A stretch of 64,000 nt of DNA from an uncultured Bacteroidales bacterium (GTDB taxonomy: Bacteria > Bacteroidota > Bacteroidia > Bacteroidales > UBA10428), in the NCBI GenBank assembly GCA_963781805.1, contig CAWAHF010000004.1, forward strand, positions 1,242,246-1,306,245. Direction: 5' to 3'. Every line of letters begins with the position of its first letter. Position 1 is the first letter of the stretch. The notes under the pieces are model-generated. The model had not been told where the DNA came from and ran no database searches. It was given only the letters and a program-made list of their open reading frames with translations. Position numbers and translations under genes: made by a program. Positions 19,738 through 29,669 of this stretch are shown one piece after another.

Positions 19738-21402
19738 TTAAAATAATTGAAATTCAGGAGTCTGCATGATCGCTTTTACGAGGTTTTCAAGATCATTCCG
19801 AACCTCGGTATCTGCACCACCTCCTTTATAGGCGTTCCATTTCGCTGTCCAATAGCTCGAACTTAACGTATCCAGAAATACCGTATTCAGAAAATAATTG
19901 TACCTGTCCTCACTAAGCTCTACTGAGATCATATAATTTGTAAACGCATCAAGAATTTGTGAGGCATCAGACGGATCATTAATATTGTCGCTATTATCCA
20001 CCCAGGCCACAATATCGGCTTTGAAAGGAATATTTTCTCCCTCGATTTTGCCATCAATTAAATAGTTGGAAAAATAATAACGCATGGCGAGATTACGCGG
20101 GGTTATCCAGTACCTGTTAAAAGTTGGCAACTGGAAATAGGCGTCATAACCCGCCACATCGTATGGCTCATAAAAATCGAGCCCCTGGTTCGATAGCATA
20201 TCCAATATGGTTTTTTGATAGGTGTCAACATAAAGTTCCTGTAATTGCGTCTGTATATCGGGCAGAGTGACATTGAAAAATCTAAGCGAACCCAGAATCT
20301 GCTCAATGGGGGATTTTATCAATGCCCCGATATTATTATCAGTGGTTTGTGAATTGTCCGAATCAAAGAAATGTTGGCTTTTAAGCAATTGTTTTAATAC
20401 CGGCTGAAGCTCATAATTGTTGGCTGTGAATGTATTCGCTAAAGGAGTAATAATATCATTCTCCACTTCCTCCGAAATCTGATGATAGACGAAAAACCTG
20501 TAAAGTTTTCTGCACAGAAATTTAGCTGTTTCCTGTTCCCCAAAAATCATTTCAATCATGTCATCGAGCTCTTTAAGCGCTGCTTCTTTTGTGGCGTATC
20601 CTCCTACTTTTTCGAAAGGCTCAATCGTCTGATTCTGAAATGCAGAGGTGAAAACTATTTGGGTTGAATCATGAAGCGTAGCAACCTCTTTACCTCCATC
20701 GACTGATGTCTCCAATTTCCCAATAGGAATTCCCGTATCTGTATCAATATTGGTAAAAGTGTCGTCAAATTTCCAGCCTGTTAGAATTTTCATTGCTGCT
20801 TTAATATCACCTTCGGTATAATTGGTGTAATTTCCATCATCGATTTGGGGACCTTTGCCAATGGAATATAGTTCAAACATTTCGCGGGCAAAATTCTCAT
20901 TAGGAATGCTTGATTCATTCAGGGTGCCATCGATATAAACCAACATAGCATTGTCAATGCAGATTTTCTTAAAAAGGGTTTTGAAATTTCCAAATGCATA
21001 ATATCTGAATAATTTGTTCTGGTAAAAAACCGCCTCACTACTTACTACCTTGGTTATATTTACCGGGAGATGTGTATGAAAAAAATATACTATCCGTTCT
21101 TTGATGTTGGTACCTGAATTTCGCATCTGTTCCAGGTGCCAGGCCATAAAATAATCGAGCAGGTCTTCTGTTTTGCTATTGCCTTCACCTGCCTTAGGAT
21201 TAAGCCATGTTACAGTGGTAAGAGGATCTTTTGGGGGCAATGGTTCCGATACATCCTGAAAAAGGATATTTATTGACTCATCGGCAGTTTTTGAAGCAAA
21301 ATCTTTGATGTTTTTAATTGTAGGGCCGAAAGTGGCTCTTCTCAGCAGATGAGCGGCATTTTTTTCACCAAGCGGGCCGGTTAAAGGGGATAAACTACTC
21401 AT
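19738..21402 (-). CDS. DUF1800 family protein (the usual partner of DUF1501)
   Basis: 554-aa protein immediately upstream and co-directional with the DUF1501 gene (11-bp gap), a pairing conserved in several phyla. Confidence 0.65.
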   Translation of the reverse strand: MSSLSPLTGPLGEKNAAHLLRRATFGPTIKNIKDFASKTADESINILFQDVSEPLPPKDPLTTVTWLNPKAGEGNSKTEDLLDYFMAWHLEQMRNSGTNIKERIVYFFHTHLPVNITKVVSSEAVFYQNKLFRYYAFGNFKTLFKKICIDNAMLVYIDGTLNESSIPNENFAREMFELYSIGKGPQIDDGNYTNYTEGDIKAAMKILTGWKFDDTFTNIDTDTGIPIGKLETSVDGGKEVATLHDSTQIVFTSAFQNQTIEPFEKVGGYATKEAALKELDDMIEMIFGEQETAKFLCRKLYRFFVYHQISEEVENDIITPLANTFTANNYELQPVLKQLLKSQHFFDSDNSQTTDNNIGALIKSPIEQILGSLRFFNVTLPDIQTQLQELYVDTYQKTILDMLSNQGLDFYEPYDVAGYDAYFQLPTFNRYWITPRNLAMRYYFSNYLIDGKIEGENIPFKADIVAWVDNSDNINDPSDASQILDAFTNYMISVELSEDRYNYFLNTVFLDTLSSSYWTAKWNAYKGGGADTEVRNDLENLVKAIMQTPEFQLF

Positions 21403-21799
21403 TGTTTTGATTGGATATTAGTTTCATTAAAAATGAAAGTTACTTCAAAACAACGAATCGATTATTAATAAATTGTTAATCTTATACTTAGAACAGTAAA
21501 ATTTACTTCAATTCTAAATTTAACCAATTTGGATTCGTGTGAAAATCAAAGGATATACCATATTTAATTAAATTAAGAATAAATAAAAATAAAGTCATGA
21601 AAAATCATTTGTAACAATTTCCCTGGCAATGAATTTCAGTGGTTTTAAAAACAGAACGGTAAGATCCAGATATGATGATGCTTTGTTGTAACTTTAATAG
21701 AATACTGATGATACAGATATTACTCAGGATCACAGATTAGTGTATAGCTGTCTAATCAGCGTATTCTTTGTGCCATTATACAAGAAAAAAAAGGAATTC

Positions 21800-22438
21800 T
21801 TAATGAAGTTTTGTACCGATAAGATGAATAAATTCCTCACGTGTTCGGTGTTCCGTTAAAAAACAACCTGTAAATGCGGAGGTTGTGGTAACTGAGTTCT
21901 GTTTTTGTACGCCCCGCATAGCCATACAAAGATGCAGGGCTTCGATTACCACAGCCACTCCCACAGGTTTTAGTGTATCCTGAATGCAGTCCCTAATCTG
22001 TACCGTTAGTCTTTCCTGTACCTGTAACCTGCGTGCAAACGCATCGACCACACGGGCAATTTTGCTTAGTCCTGTAATATATCCGTTGGGAATATATGCA
22101 ACATGCGCCTTACCTATGAATGGAATCATATGATGCTCACAAAGGGAATAAATTTCAATGTCTTTAACGAGAACCATTTGCTGATAATCTTCACGAAACA
22201 TCGCAGAATTAAGGATTTTTGCAGGATCAATATGATACCCATGAGTAAGGAATTGAATAGATTTGGCAACTCGTTCGGGTGTTTCTATCAAACCTTCACG
22301 ATCAGGGTCTTCGCCGATAAATTTTAAAATCTTGTGGTAATATTCTGCAAGCATTTTGGTTTTTTTCCCGTCGAATTTATCAATCCTTTCATAACCCTCC
22401 TCCGTAATTCCTTTTATAAATTCCTTACTATCAGACAT
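21800..22438 (-). CDS. folE: GTP cyclohydrolase I
   Basis: [10 protein letters not shown] zinc-binding/catalytic motif. Length 212 aa. Confidence 0.9.
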   Translation of the reverse strand: MSDSKEFIKGITEEGYERIDKFDGKKTKMLAEYYHKILKFIGEDPDREGLIETPERVAKSIQFLTHGYHIDPAKILNSAMFREDYQQMVLVKDIEIYSLCEHHMIPFIGKAHVAYIPNGYITGLSKIARVVDAFARRLQVQERLTVQIRDCIQDTLKPVGVAVVIEALHLCMAMRGVQKQNSVTTTSAFTGCFLTEHRTREEFIHLIGTKLH

Positions 22439-22581
22439 CTTTTATATAATTTTAAGTTCTGTCAATTCTGAAATTGATTATTTTGTTATCAAACTATAAA
22501 AAAAACACTAATTTTAATAAAAAATAAAAGTTAAAGATAACACTATTTTTACGGTAAACTGGATCAATAAATTTTCAGGGA

Positions 22582-23271
22582 TTGAGAATACTTGTTGTAG
22601 CAGCAACTAACCGGGAAGCAAAACAAATTAAGGATAAGCTTCATTTGGTACATCAACACAAGTCATACCTGTCAGGTCACAGGTATAGTAATTTGTTGAT
22701 TGATGTACTTATAACCGGTGTCGGAGGGATATTCATGACTTACCAGTTAACAAAGATTCTTGGAACGATAAATTACGATCTCGCAATTAATGTAGGCATT
22801 GCCGGAAGCTTCGATTATTTTCTTGAACAAGGCTTTGTAGTAAACGTCGTTCAGGATCAGTTTGCTGATTTAGGATTTGAAGAAAAAGGGGAATTCTATA
22901 CGCTTGGAGAAAAAGAGATGCTTGATGAAAACAGTTATCCCTTTACGGAAGAAATTTTAAGAAGTCTGGGTAATTTTGAAATTGAAGAAGTTGAAGGACT
23001 TATACCTGTGAAAGCTGTGACGTTGAATACACTTCATGGATCTGTTGAAAGTATCAAACGAATTAAAGAAAAATTCAATCCCGAAATTGAGACGATGGAT
23101 GGCGCTGCCTTTTTTTATGTCTGCCTGAGCGAAAAAGTGCCGTTTCTTCAAATCAGGGCAATTTCTAATTTTGTTGAAATCAGGAGGATCGAAAGCTGGA
23201 ATATTCCACTTGCCATTACCAATCTTACAGATACTGTAATTTCAATTTTCGATGAACTGAGAATAGATTAG
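22582..23271 (+). CDS. PNP/MTAN-family nucleosidase, futalosine hydrolase (MqnB)-like
   Basis: ITGVGGI…NVGIAGSF pattern typical of the phosphorylase-1 / MTA-nucleosidase fold. ~229 aa, like MqnB. Confidence 0.5.
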   Translation: MRILVVAATNREAKQIKDKLHLVHQHKSYLSGHRYSNLLIDVLITGVGGIFMTYQLTKILGTINYDLAINVGIAGSFDYFLEQGFVVNVVQDQFADLGFEEKGEFYTLGEKEMLDENSYPFTEEILRSLGNFEIEEVEGLIPVKAVTLNTLHGSVESIKRIKEKFNPEIETMDGAAFFYVCLSEKVPFLQIRAISNFVEIRRIESWNIPLAITNLTDTVISIFDELRID

Positions 23272-23354
23272 CGGTAACATAATTTGAACTAATTGTTTCA
23301 AAACTTTTCTTTATTTTCCTTTTCTTTGTACCATAAATTTTAACAGTCAGTTTC

Positions 23355-24320
23355 ATGATAATTGTTACAGGAGCCGCAGGATTTATTGGAAGCAACCTCG
23401 TTGGAAAGCTTAATAATGAAAACTATGAAGACATTATGGTTGTGGACGAATTCTCAAATCCTCATAAAAATCAGAATCTTGAAGGAAAAAAATTTATTGA
23501 AAAACTGCATCGTGATTTATTAGCCTCCTGGCTAAATAATGGTAATAAAAAAATCGATTTGATCTTTCATATTGGTGCAAGAACGGATACTGCCGAATTT
23601 GACAAATCAGTTTTCGATAAGCTAAATCTGGGTTATAGCAAGGAACTCTGGCAACTTTGTTCAAAATTTCAGATTCCTCTTATCTATGCATCCTCTGCAG
23701 CCACTTACGGGCTAGGTGAATTAGGTTATGAAGATTCACACGAAATAATTCAGCACCTGAAACCTTTAAATCCCTATGGTGAGTCAAAGAATGAATTTGA
23801 TAAATGGGTATTGCATCAGGAGACAACACCTCCTTTCTGGTATGGTTTTAAATTTTTTAATGTTTATGGACCGAATGAATATCACAAGGGACGCATGGCT
23901 TCGGTGATTTTCCATACCTATAATCAGGTTCAGTCAACCGGTAAAATGAAACTTTTCAGATCCCACCGTCCCGATGTTAAAGATGGCGAACAAAAAAGAG
24001 ATTTCATTTTCGTGAACGATGTAACTGATGTGCTGTTGTATTTCATGCAACTAAAGGCAGATTCTGGAATTTACAATTTGGGTACCGGCAGGGCGCGAAC
24101 ATTTCTCGACCTGGCAAAAGGCACCTTCAACGCTCTAAACATTCCTGTAAATATTGAGTTTATAGATACTCCCGCAGATATTCGGGATAAATACCAGTAT
24201 TTTACAGAAGCAACACTGGGTAAATTGCGACGAGCCGGTTATTCAAAAAGTTTTACCGAGCTTGAAAATGGCATTGAAGATTATATTAAAAACTACCTCA
24301 CATCGAAAAAGTATTTTTGA
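23355..24320 (+). CDS. hldD: ADP-L-glycero-D-manno-heptose 6-epimerase
   Basis: MIIVTGAAGFIGSN N-terminus, YASSAATYG, NVYGPNEYHKGRMASV and FNLGTGRA blocks colinear with E. coli HldD/RfaD. Confidence 0.85.
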   Translation: MIIVTGAAGFIGSNLVGKLNNENYEDIMVVDEFSNPHKNQNLEGKKFIEKLHRDLLASWLNNGNKKIDLIFHIGARTDTAEFDKSVFDKLNLGYSKELWQLCSKFQIPLIYASSAATYGLGELGYEDSHEIIQHLKPLNPYGESKNEFDKWVLHQETTPPFWYGFKFFNVYGPNEYHKGRMASVIFHTYNQVQSTGKMKLFRSHRPDVKDGEQKRDFIFVNDVTDVLLYFMQLKADSGIYNLGTGRARTFLDLAKGTFNALNIPVNIEFIDTPADIRDKYQYFTEATLGKLRRAGYSKSFTELENGIEDYIKNYLTSKKYF

Positions 24321-24489
24321 AAATAACTCTTTGATGAACCAGATGTTAAAATTTCATAAATATCGCTTGTGACTTTAAAAGCATCGACCATAAGAAATAT
24401 TTTTTGCCTAAATTCGTTTTATAAAAAAGCAACGATTAAATTCCTTTTAATTGAATTAAAAATTGTACCTTTGCGCGATATTTTTTAAA

Positions 24490-25311
24490 ATGAAATACGG
24501 TAAATTACTCCTGATACTTCTTGTGCCAATTTTATTTAGCTGTAACGGTTATGAAAAACTGTTAAAGAGCTCAGATTCTAACTTAAAATATAAAAAAGCT
24601 TTTGATTATTACAAAAAGGGCGATTTTACAAGGGCAGGTACTCTGTTTGAACAGATTGCCCCGTATTTCAAAGGTACTACGAAAGCAGATTCCGTATATT
24701 TTTACCAGGCAATGACTTATTTTAAGGAAAATGATTTTATACTTGCCGGACATTCTTTCAAGATGTTTTCGGAAACATATGGAAACAGTCCGTTTGCAGA
24801 AGATGCAACTTATTATGTTGCTTTTTGTTATTACCTGTTGTCACCAAGACCGGAATTGGATCAAACGGATACATACAATGCTATTCAGGCATTCAGATTG
24901 TTTATGATACGATATCCCAAAAGTCCAAAGAAAGCTGACTGCGAAAAATATATAGCCGAAATGCGTGATAAGCTGGTTGAAAAATCATTTATCAGCGCTA
25001 AACTTTATTTTGATCTTAAGGATTATAAAGCGTCTATTGTTGCTTTACGTAATAGTCTTTCTGATTATCCTGAAAGCAAGTACCGGGAAGATATCTTTTT
25101 TCTGATCCTAAGATCGAATTATTTGCTGGCTTACAACAGTATAGCCAGCAAACAAAAAGAAAGGTATCAGTCAACCCTTGATGAGTATTATTCATTCATC
25201 ACTGAATTTCCTGATAGTAAATACAGGAAGGATGCAGATAGAATTTATGAGTCAACCTCTAAAATATTAAAACCAGACGCAACAACTTTAAACGATAATA
25301 ATTTAAACTAA
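24490..25311 (+). CDS. bamD: Outer membrane protein assembly factor BamD (TPR lipoprotein)
   Basis: Lipobox LFSC. TPR-like repeats. Conserved position upstream of rpoZ and coaBC. Confidence 0.7.
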   Translation: MKYGKLLLILLVPILFSCNGYEKLLKSSDSNLKYKKAFDYYKKGDFTRAGTLFEQIAPYFKGTTKADSVYFYQAMTYFKENDFILAGHSFKMFSETYGNSPFAEDATYYVAFCYYLLSPRPELDQTDTYNAIQAFRLFMIRYPKSPKKADCEKYIAEMRDKLVEKSFISAKLYFDLKDYKASIVALRNSLSDYPESKYREDIFFLILRSNYLLAYNSIASKQKERYQSTLDEYYSFITEFPDSKYRKDADRIYESTSKILKPDATTLNDNNLN

Positions 25312-25629
25312 ATGGTAGATTATAAAAAATCAAAAGCTCCGTCAACTACAACCACACGGAATTTGGAAATGCTGGAAGGTAAAACCGGTAATATTTACGA
25401 AGGAGTAATGATTTGTTCCAAAAGATCAAATCAGATTTCTGTTGAAATTAAAGAAGAACTAAACCGGAAGCTCGAGGAATTTGCTAATTATACAGATAAT
25501 CTTGAAGAGATATTTGAAAACCGAGAACAAATAGAAATTTCTAAGTTTTACGAACGCATGCCAAAGCCTACTTTGATTGCTTTGGATGAATTTGAATGTG
25601 ATCAGATATATTACAAGAAGTCACAGTAA
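25312..25629 (+). CDS. rpoZ: RNA polymerase omega-subunit-like protein
   Basis: 105 aa. IYEGVMICSKRSNQI resembles the omega core motif. Conserved bamD-rpoZ-coaBC synteny. Confidence 0.55.
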   Translation: MVDYKKSKAPSTTTTRNLEMLEGKTGNIYEGVMICSKRSNQISVEIKEELNRKLEEFANYTDNLEEIFENREQIEISKFYERMPKPTLIALDEFECDQIYYKKSQ

Positions 25630-25641
25630 TCCTAAGAGTTA

Positions 25642-26862
25642 ATGCTGAAGGGCAAGAACATAATTCTTTGTGTAACCGGTAGTATAGCAGCGTTTAAGGC
25701 TGCTATTCTTGTCAGGTTACTTGTGAAGGAGGAGGCACAGGTAAAAATTATCATGACCCGATATGCTGAAGAATTTATAACACCCCTCACCCTTGCAACC
25801 CTTTCGAATAATCCTGTATTGACAGAATTTTATAATCCCGAAAACGGAGACTGGAACAGTCATGTTGATTTGGGATTATGGGCGGATGCATTGCTCATTG
25901 CACCCGCCACAGCTAATACCATTGCAAAAATGGCAAACGGTATTGCAGATAACCTGTTACTTACCACTTATCTTTCAGCGCGATGTCCCGTATTTGTTGC
26001 CCCGGCGATGGATATGGATATGCTGACCCATAAAGCAACCCAGCTAAATATTGAAAAACTCAAAACGTTTGGAAATATTATTATAGAACCTGCTGTCGGT
26101 GAACTGGCGAGCGGTCTGCTGGGCAAAGGACGTATGGAAGAGCCTGAACTAATCATGAATGTTCTGCACACCTACTTTGATGAGTCAGGAGTAAAAAAAA
26201 AACAAATTCATAAAAAATTAGCCGGCAAGAAAATTCTCATTACTTCAGGGCCTACCTTCGAAGCTATTGATCCTGTGAGATATATAGGAAATCATTCATC
26301 GGGTAAAATGGGGTTTGCTCTGGCTGAAACACTTGCATCATATAACGCACAAATAACTTTAATCAGCGGACCAACATCACAGCATACAAAAAGCAATAAT
26401 ATCAAAATTATTCAGGTGACTTCTGCAGAAGAGATGTTCGAATCGTGTATTTCTTTTTTCCCGGAATCTGACGGTGCAATCCTTGCTGCCGCTGTTGCTG
26501 ATTATAAGCCCGTAATAGCCGCCCCCCGGAAAATAAAAAGTTCGTCCGGGAATTTAACGCTCGAACTTGAACCAACAAAAGATATTGCCAATCATCTGGG
26601 AAAAATTAAAAAGGAAAATCAATTTCTTATCGGTTTTGCCCTTGAAACCGATAACGAGATTGAAAATGCAAGGAAAAAACTGATATCAAAAAATTTTGAT
26701 TTTATTGTATTAAATTCTTTAAAGGACAAAGGTGCAGGTTTTCAAACCGACACGAACAAGATAACCATTCTCGACAAAAACAATAATTTGGTTAATTTTG
26801 AGTTAAAATCTAAAGTAAAAGTTGCAGAAGATATTATTGTTAAACTTACAGAAATTATTTGA
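25642..26862 (+). CDS. coaBC: Bifunctional phosphopantothenoylcysteine decarboxylase / phosphopantothenate-cysteine ligase
   Basis: N-terminal flavoprotein domain (ILCVTGSIAAFKA). C-terminal CoaB domain (ITSGPTFEAIDPVRYIGNHSSGKMG). 406 aa. Confidence 0.92.
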   Translation: MLKGKNIILCVTGSIAAFKAAILVRLLVKEEAQVKIIMTRYAEEFITPLTLATLSNNPVLTEFYNPENGDWNSHVDLGLWADALLIAPATANTIAKMANGIADNLLLTTYLSARCPVFVAPAMDMDMLTHKATQLNIEKLKTFGNIIIEPAVGELASGLLGKGRMEEPELIMNVLHTYFDESGVKKKQIHKKLAGKKILITSGPTFEAIDPVRYIGNHSSGKMGFALAETLASYNAQITLISGPTSQHTKSNNIKIIQVTSAEEMFESCISFFPESDGAILAAAVADYKPVIAAPRKIKSSSGNLTLELEPTKDIANHLGKIKKENQFLIGFALETDNEIENARKKLISKNFDFIVLNSLKDKGAGFQTDTNKITILDKNNNLVNFELKSKVKVAEDIIVKLTEII

Positions 26863-26866
26863 GAAG

Positions 26867-27772
26867 ATGCGTCGGTTATTTATCATCCTGTTCATCGGTC
26901 TGTCGGCACTAACTGCAAAAAGTCAGGAGCTAATCTGTAATGTTCAGGTAGTTACACAACAGATACAAGGCACCAATAAACAAGTATTCCAGACGTTGCA
27001 GTCTGCAATGAATGAATTTATAAATAACACCTCCTGGACAGGACAGAGTTTCGCAGTAAACGAGCGAATTGAGTGTACCATGTTATTTAATCTTAAAGAA
27101 CAGGTGAGTGTGGATGAATATAAAGGTACATTGCAAATTCAGTCAAGACGTCCGGTTTTTAACTCTTCAATGAATTCGGTAATGCTTAATTATGTTGATA
27201 ATGATCTTCAATTTAAATATGTTGAATTCCAGCCGCTTGAATTTAGCGAAACTTCCAATCTTTCAAATCTGACCTCACTGCTCGCATACTATGCATATAT
27301 CATCATTGGCATGGATTACGATTCCTTCTCACTTGAAGGAGGAACACCATATTTTCAGAAGGCAGAAAAAATTGTGAATAATGCACAAAATGCCCAGGAA
27401 AAAGGATGGCGTGCCAGTGAAAGCACAGGTCGCAAAAATCGTTATTGGCTAATTAATAATATTTTAAATGAAGATTTTACCCCTGTTCGTGAATTCATCT
27501 ATAAATACCACCGTTTAGGTCTGGACCGGATGTATGAAAAAACCAACGAAGCCAGAGCCGACATAGCAACAGATCTTCAACTGCTACAAAAAGTTTCACG
27601 CGAAAAACCTGATCCTTTTATGTATTATTTACACGTGGTGCTCGACGCTAAATCTGATGAGCTGGTAAATATTTTTAAAGAATCCTTCCAGGATGAAAAA
27701 ACCAGGGTTTTTACATTGCTATCCGAATTAGATCCCTCGCATAGTACTAAATACGAACAAATAGTAAAGTAA
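26867..27772 (+). CDS. DUF4835-like secreted protein (conserved neighbour of recN in Bacteroidota)
   Basis: Signal peptide MRRLFIILFIGLSALTA. Synteny coaBC-X-recN. Start placed at the internal Met just after the coaBC stop. Confidence 0.55.
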   Translation: MRRLFIILFIGLSALTAKSQELICNVQVVTQQIQGTNKQVFQTLQSAMNEFINNTSWTGQSFAVNERIECTMLFNLKEQVSVDEYKGTLQIQSRRPVFNSSMNSVMLNYVDNDLQFKYVEFQPLEFSETSNLSNLTSLLAYYAYIIIGMDYDSFSLEGGTPYFQKAEKIVNNAQNAQEKGWRASESTGRKNRYWLINNILNEDFTPVREFIYKYHRLGLDRMYEKTNEARADIATDLQLLQKVSREKPDPFMYYLHVVLDAKSDELVNIFKESFQDEKTRVFTLLSELDPSHSTKYEQIVK

Positions 27773-27942
27773 TTCTATCTTTCCCTAAGTGCCTCATTCG
27801 CATTATTCGTCTGCCGGAATATTAATTCTATATGCCTGCACCCGAATTGTTTAAAACCTTTTCATATTTAATGCCATGATTTTAAGCCTGATTTATTTCT
27901 TTTTAGTTAATTTTAGACGCAGGAAACCTATTTGTCTGTCAG

Positions 27943-29598
27943 ATGCTAAAATCATTATATATAGATAATTATGCATTGATCGATAACCTAAAGATCGATT
28001 TTAACAAAGGTCTATCGATAATTACGGGAGAGACGGGTGCAGGAAAATCAATATTAATGGGAGCGCTTTCGCTGATATTGGGAAAGAGAGCAGATACAAC
28101 CGTCTTGCAGGATAATTCAAAAAAATGCGTTGTAGAAGGGGTTTTTAATATTACCGATTACCATCTTGATCCCTTTTTTAAAGAAAATGATCTTGAATAT
28201 GATAATCATACGATTATCCGGAGAGAAATTGGCGCAAATGGTAAATCGCGTGCTTTTATCAATGATACACCCGTTACTCTTGATATTCTCGGGAGCCTGA
28301 CCATAAAGCTTATAGATATTCATTCCCAGCACGAAAATCTGGCGCTGAACGATAGCATTTTTCAACTAAAAGTGATTGATAATTATGGGAATCACCAGGT
28401 ATTGCTGGAAGATTATAAAAATTCTTACCATCAATACAGGAAATTGCTGCAGGAATATAATGATATTATTTCGGATGCTGAAAAAAATAAAGCCGATTTT
28501 GACTACTTCCAGTTCCAGTATAACCAGCTGGCAGAAGCCAAACTGCAGGTAAATGAACAGGAACATCTTGAACTTGATCAGGAGCAGCTTACGCATGCGG
28601 TTGAAATTAAATCAAACCTGTTGGAATCTTCCGATTTAATTGGAGAAGATGAAAACGGTTTAATCTCCAGATTCAGAATGTTGCAATCGAATGTTACCCG
28701 CTTAATAAAGTTTTTACCCGAAACCGATATGGTTGCTCAACGAATTGATAGTATTTATATTGAACTAAAAGATATTTATACAGAATTAGAAAATCTGAAT
28801 AACCGTATTACAGATGATCCTGATCGTTTGGAATATGTGAATAATCGATTGGATTTAATATACTCGCTGATGCAAAAACATCATGTGAATACGGTAAATG
28901 AATTGCTGGAATTAGAGAGCAATCTGAAAATGAAGCTCACTGATATCTCCAACATCGATTTCAGGTTAGAAGAATTGGCAAAAAAAGTTGCACAAGCGAA
29001 AGAGCAACTTGAAACCAAGGCAAAAAAAATCACCTCTGAACGAACCTTAAAATTTCCGGAAATCCAGAAAAAAGTAACAGGCATTTTGCAGGATCTTGGA
29101 ATTCCGAACGCAACTTACATCCTTCAGCACAAAATTCTTGAAGATTTTACTCCTCATGGAAAGGATTTTATCCAGTTTCTTTTCAGCGCCAATAAAAATA
29201 CGCAACCCCTGGAAATATCAAAAATCGCTTCAGGAGGGGAATTATCACGATTTATGCTGGCAATAAAATCTCTTATCTCAGATTCAATGGGTTTACCCAC
29301 CATAATCTTCGATGAAATAGATACCGGAGTTTCCGGCGAAATTGCCGATAAGGTGGGAAACATAATTAAGAACATGTCCAGGGGAATGCAGGTTATAAAC
29401 ATCACCCACCTGCCCCAGGTTGCCAGTAAAGGAGATTATCATTACCTGGTATATAAAACCGAAGATGTTCAAAACACTCGGACTCTTATCAAACTTCTTA
29501 CACCGGATGAAAGGCATCTGGAAATTGCTAAAATGTTAAGTGGAAAAGAGTTAACCGAAGCCGCAAAAGAGAACGCCAGAGAACTGCTGAAGAATTAA
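27943..29598 (+). CDS. recN: DNA repair protein RecN
   Basis: Walker A GETGAGKSI. Long coiled-coil middle region. C-terminal signature and D-loop region (…IIFDEIDTGVSG…). Confidence 0.92.
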   Translation: MLKSLYIDNYALIDNLKIDFNKGLSIITGETGAGKSILMGALSLILGKRADTTVLQDNSKKCVVEGVFNITDYHLDPFFKENDLEYDNHTIIRREIGANGKSRAFINDTPVTLDILGSLTIKLIDIHSQHENLALNDSIFQLKVIDNYGNHQVLLEDYKNSYHQYRKLLQEYNDIISDAEKNKADFDYFQFQYNQLAEAKLQVNEQEHLELDQEQLTHAVEIKSNLLESSDLIGEDENGLISRFRMLQSNVTRLIKFLPETDMVAQRIDSIYIELKDIYTELENLNNRITDDPDRLEYVNNRLDLIYSLMQKHHVNTVNELLELESNLKMKLTDISNIDFRLEELAKKVAQAKEQLETKAKKITSERTLKFPEIQKKVTGILQDLGIPNATYILQHKILEDFTPHGKDFIQFLFSANKNTQPLEISKIASGGELSRFMLAIKSLISDSMGLPTIIFDEIDTGVSGEIADKVGNIIKNMSRGMQVINITHLPQVASKGDYHYLVYKTEDVQNTRTLIKLLTPDERHLEIAKMLSGKELTEAAKENARELLKN

Positions 29599-29669
29599 GA
29601 TTTCCTGGAGTTTATGTTTACTTACGTTGAATAATATGTATTATTTCCCTGATATATGCCAAGGTTTTA

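Noticed and set aside
21403-21799. Possible tRNA or ncRNA in the 400-bp gap upstream of folE
   Set aside because: I found no T-loop (GTTCGA/GTTCAA-type) or acceptor-stem pattern. The region is AT-rich with only a short tttcat/atgaaa palindrome, so it is most likely a promoter region.
26822-26866. ORF-track start of the DUF4835-like gene overlapping coaBC by 41 bp
   Set aside because: An in-frame Met 15 codons downstream immediately precedes a signal peptide and follows the coaBC stop, so it is the more plausible start.
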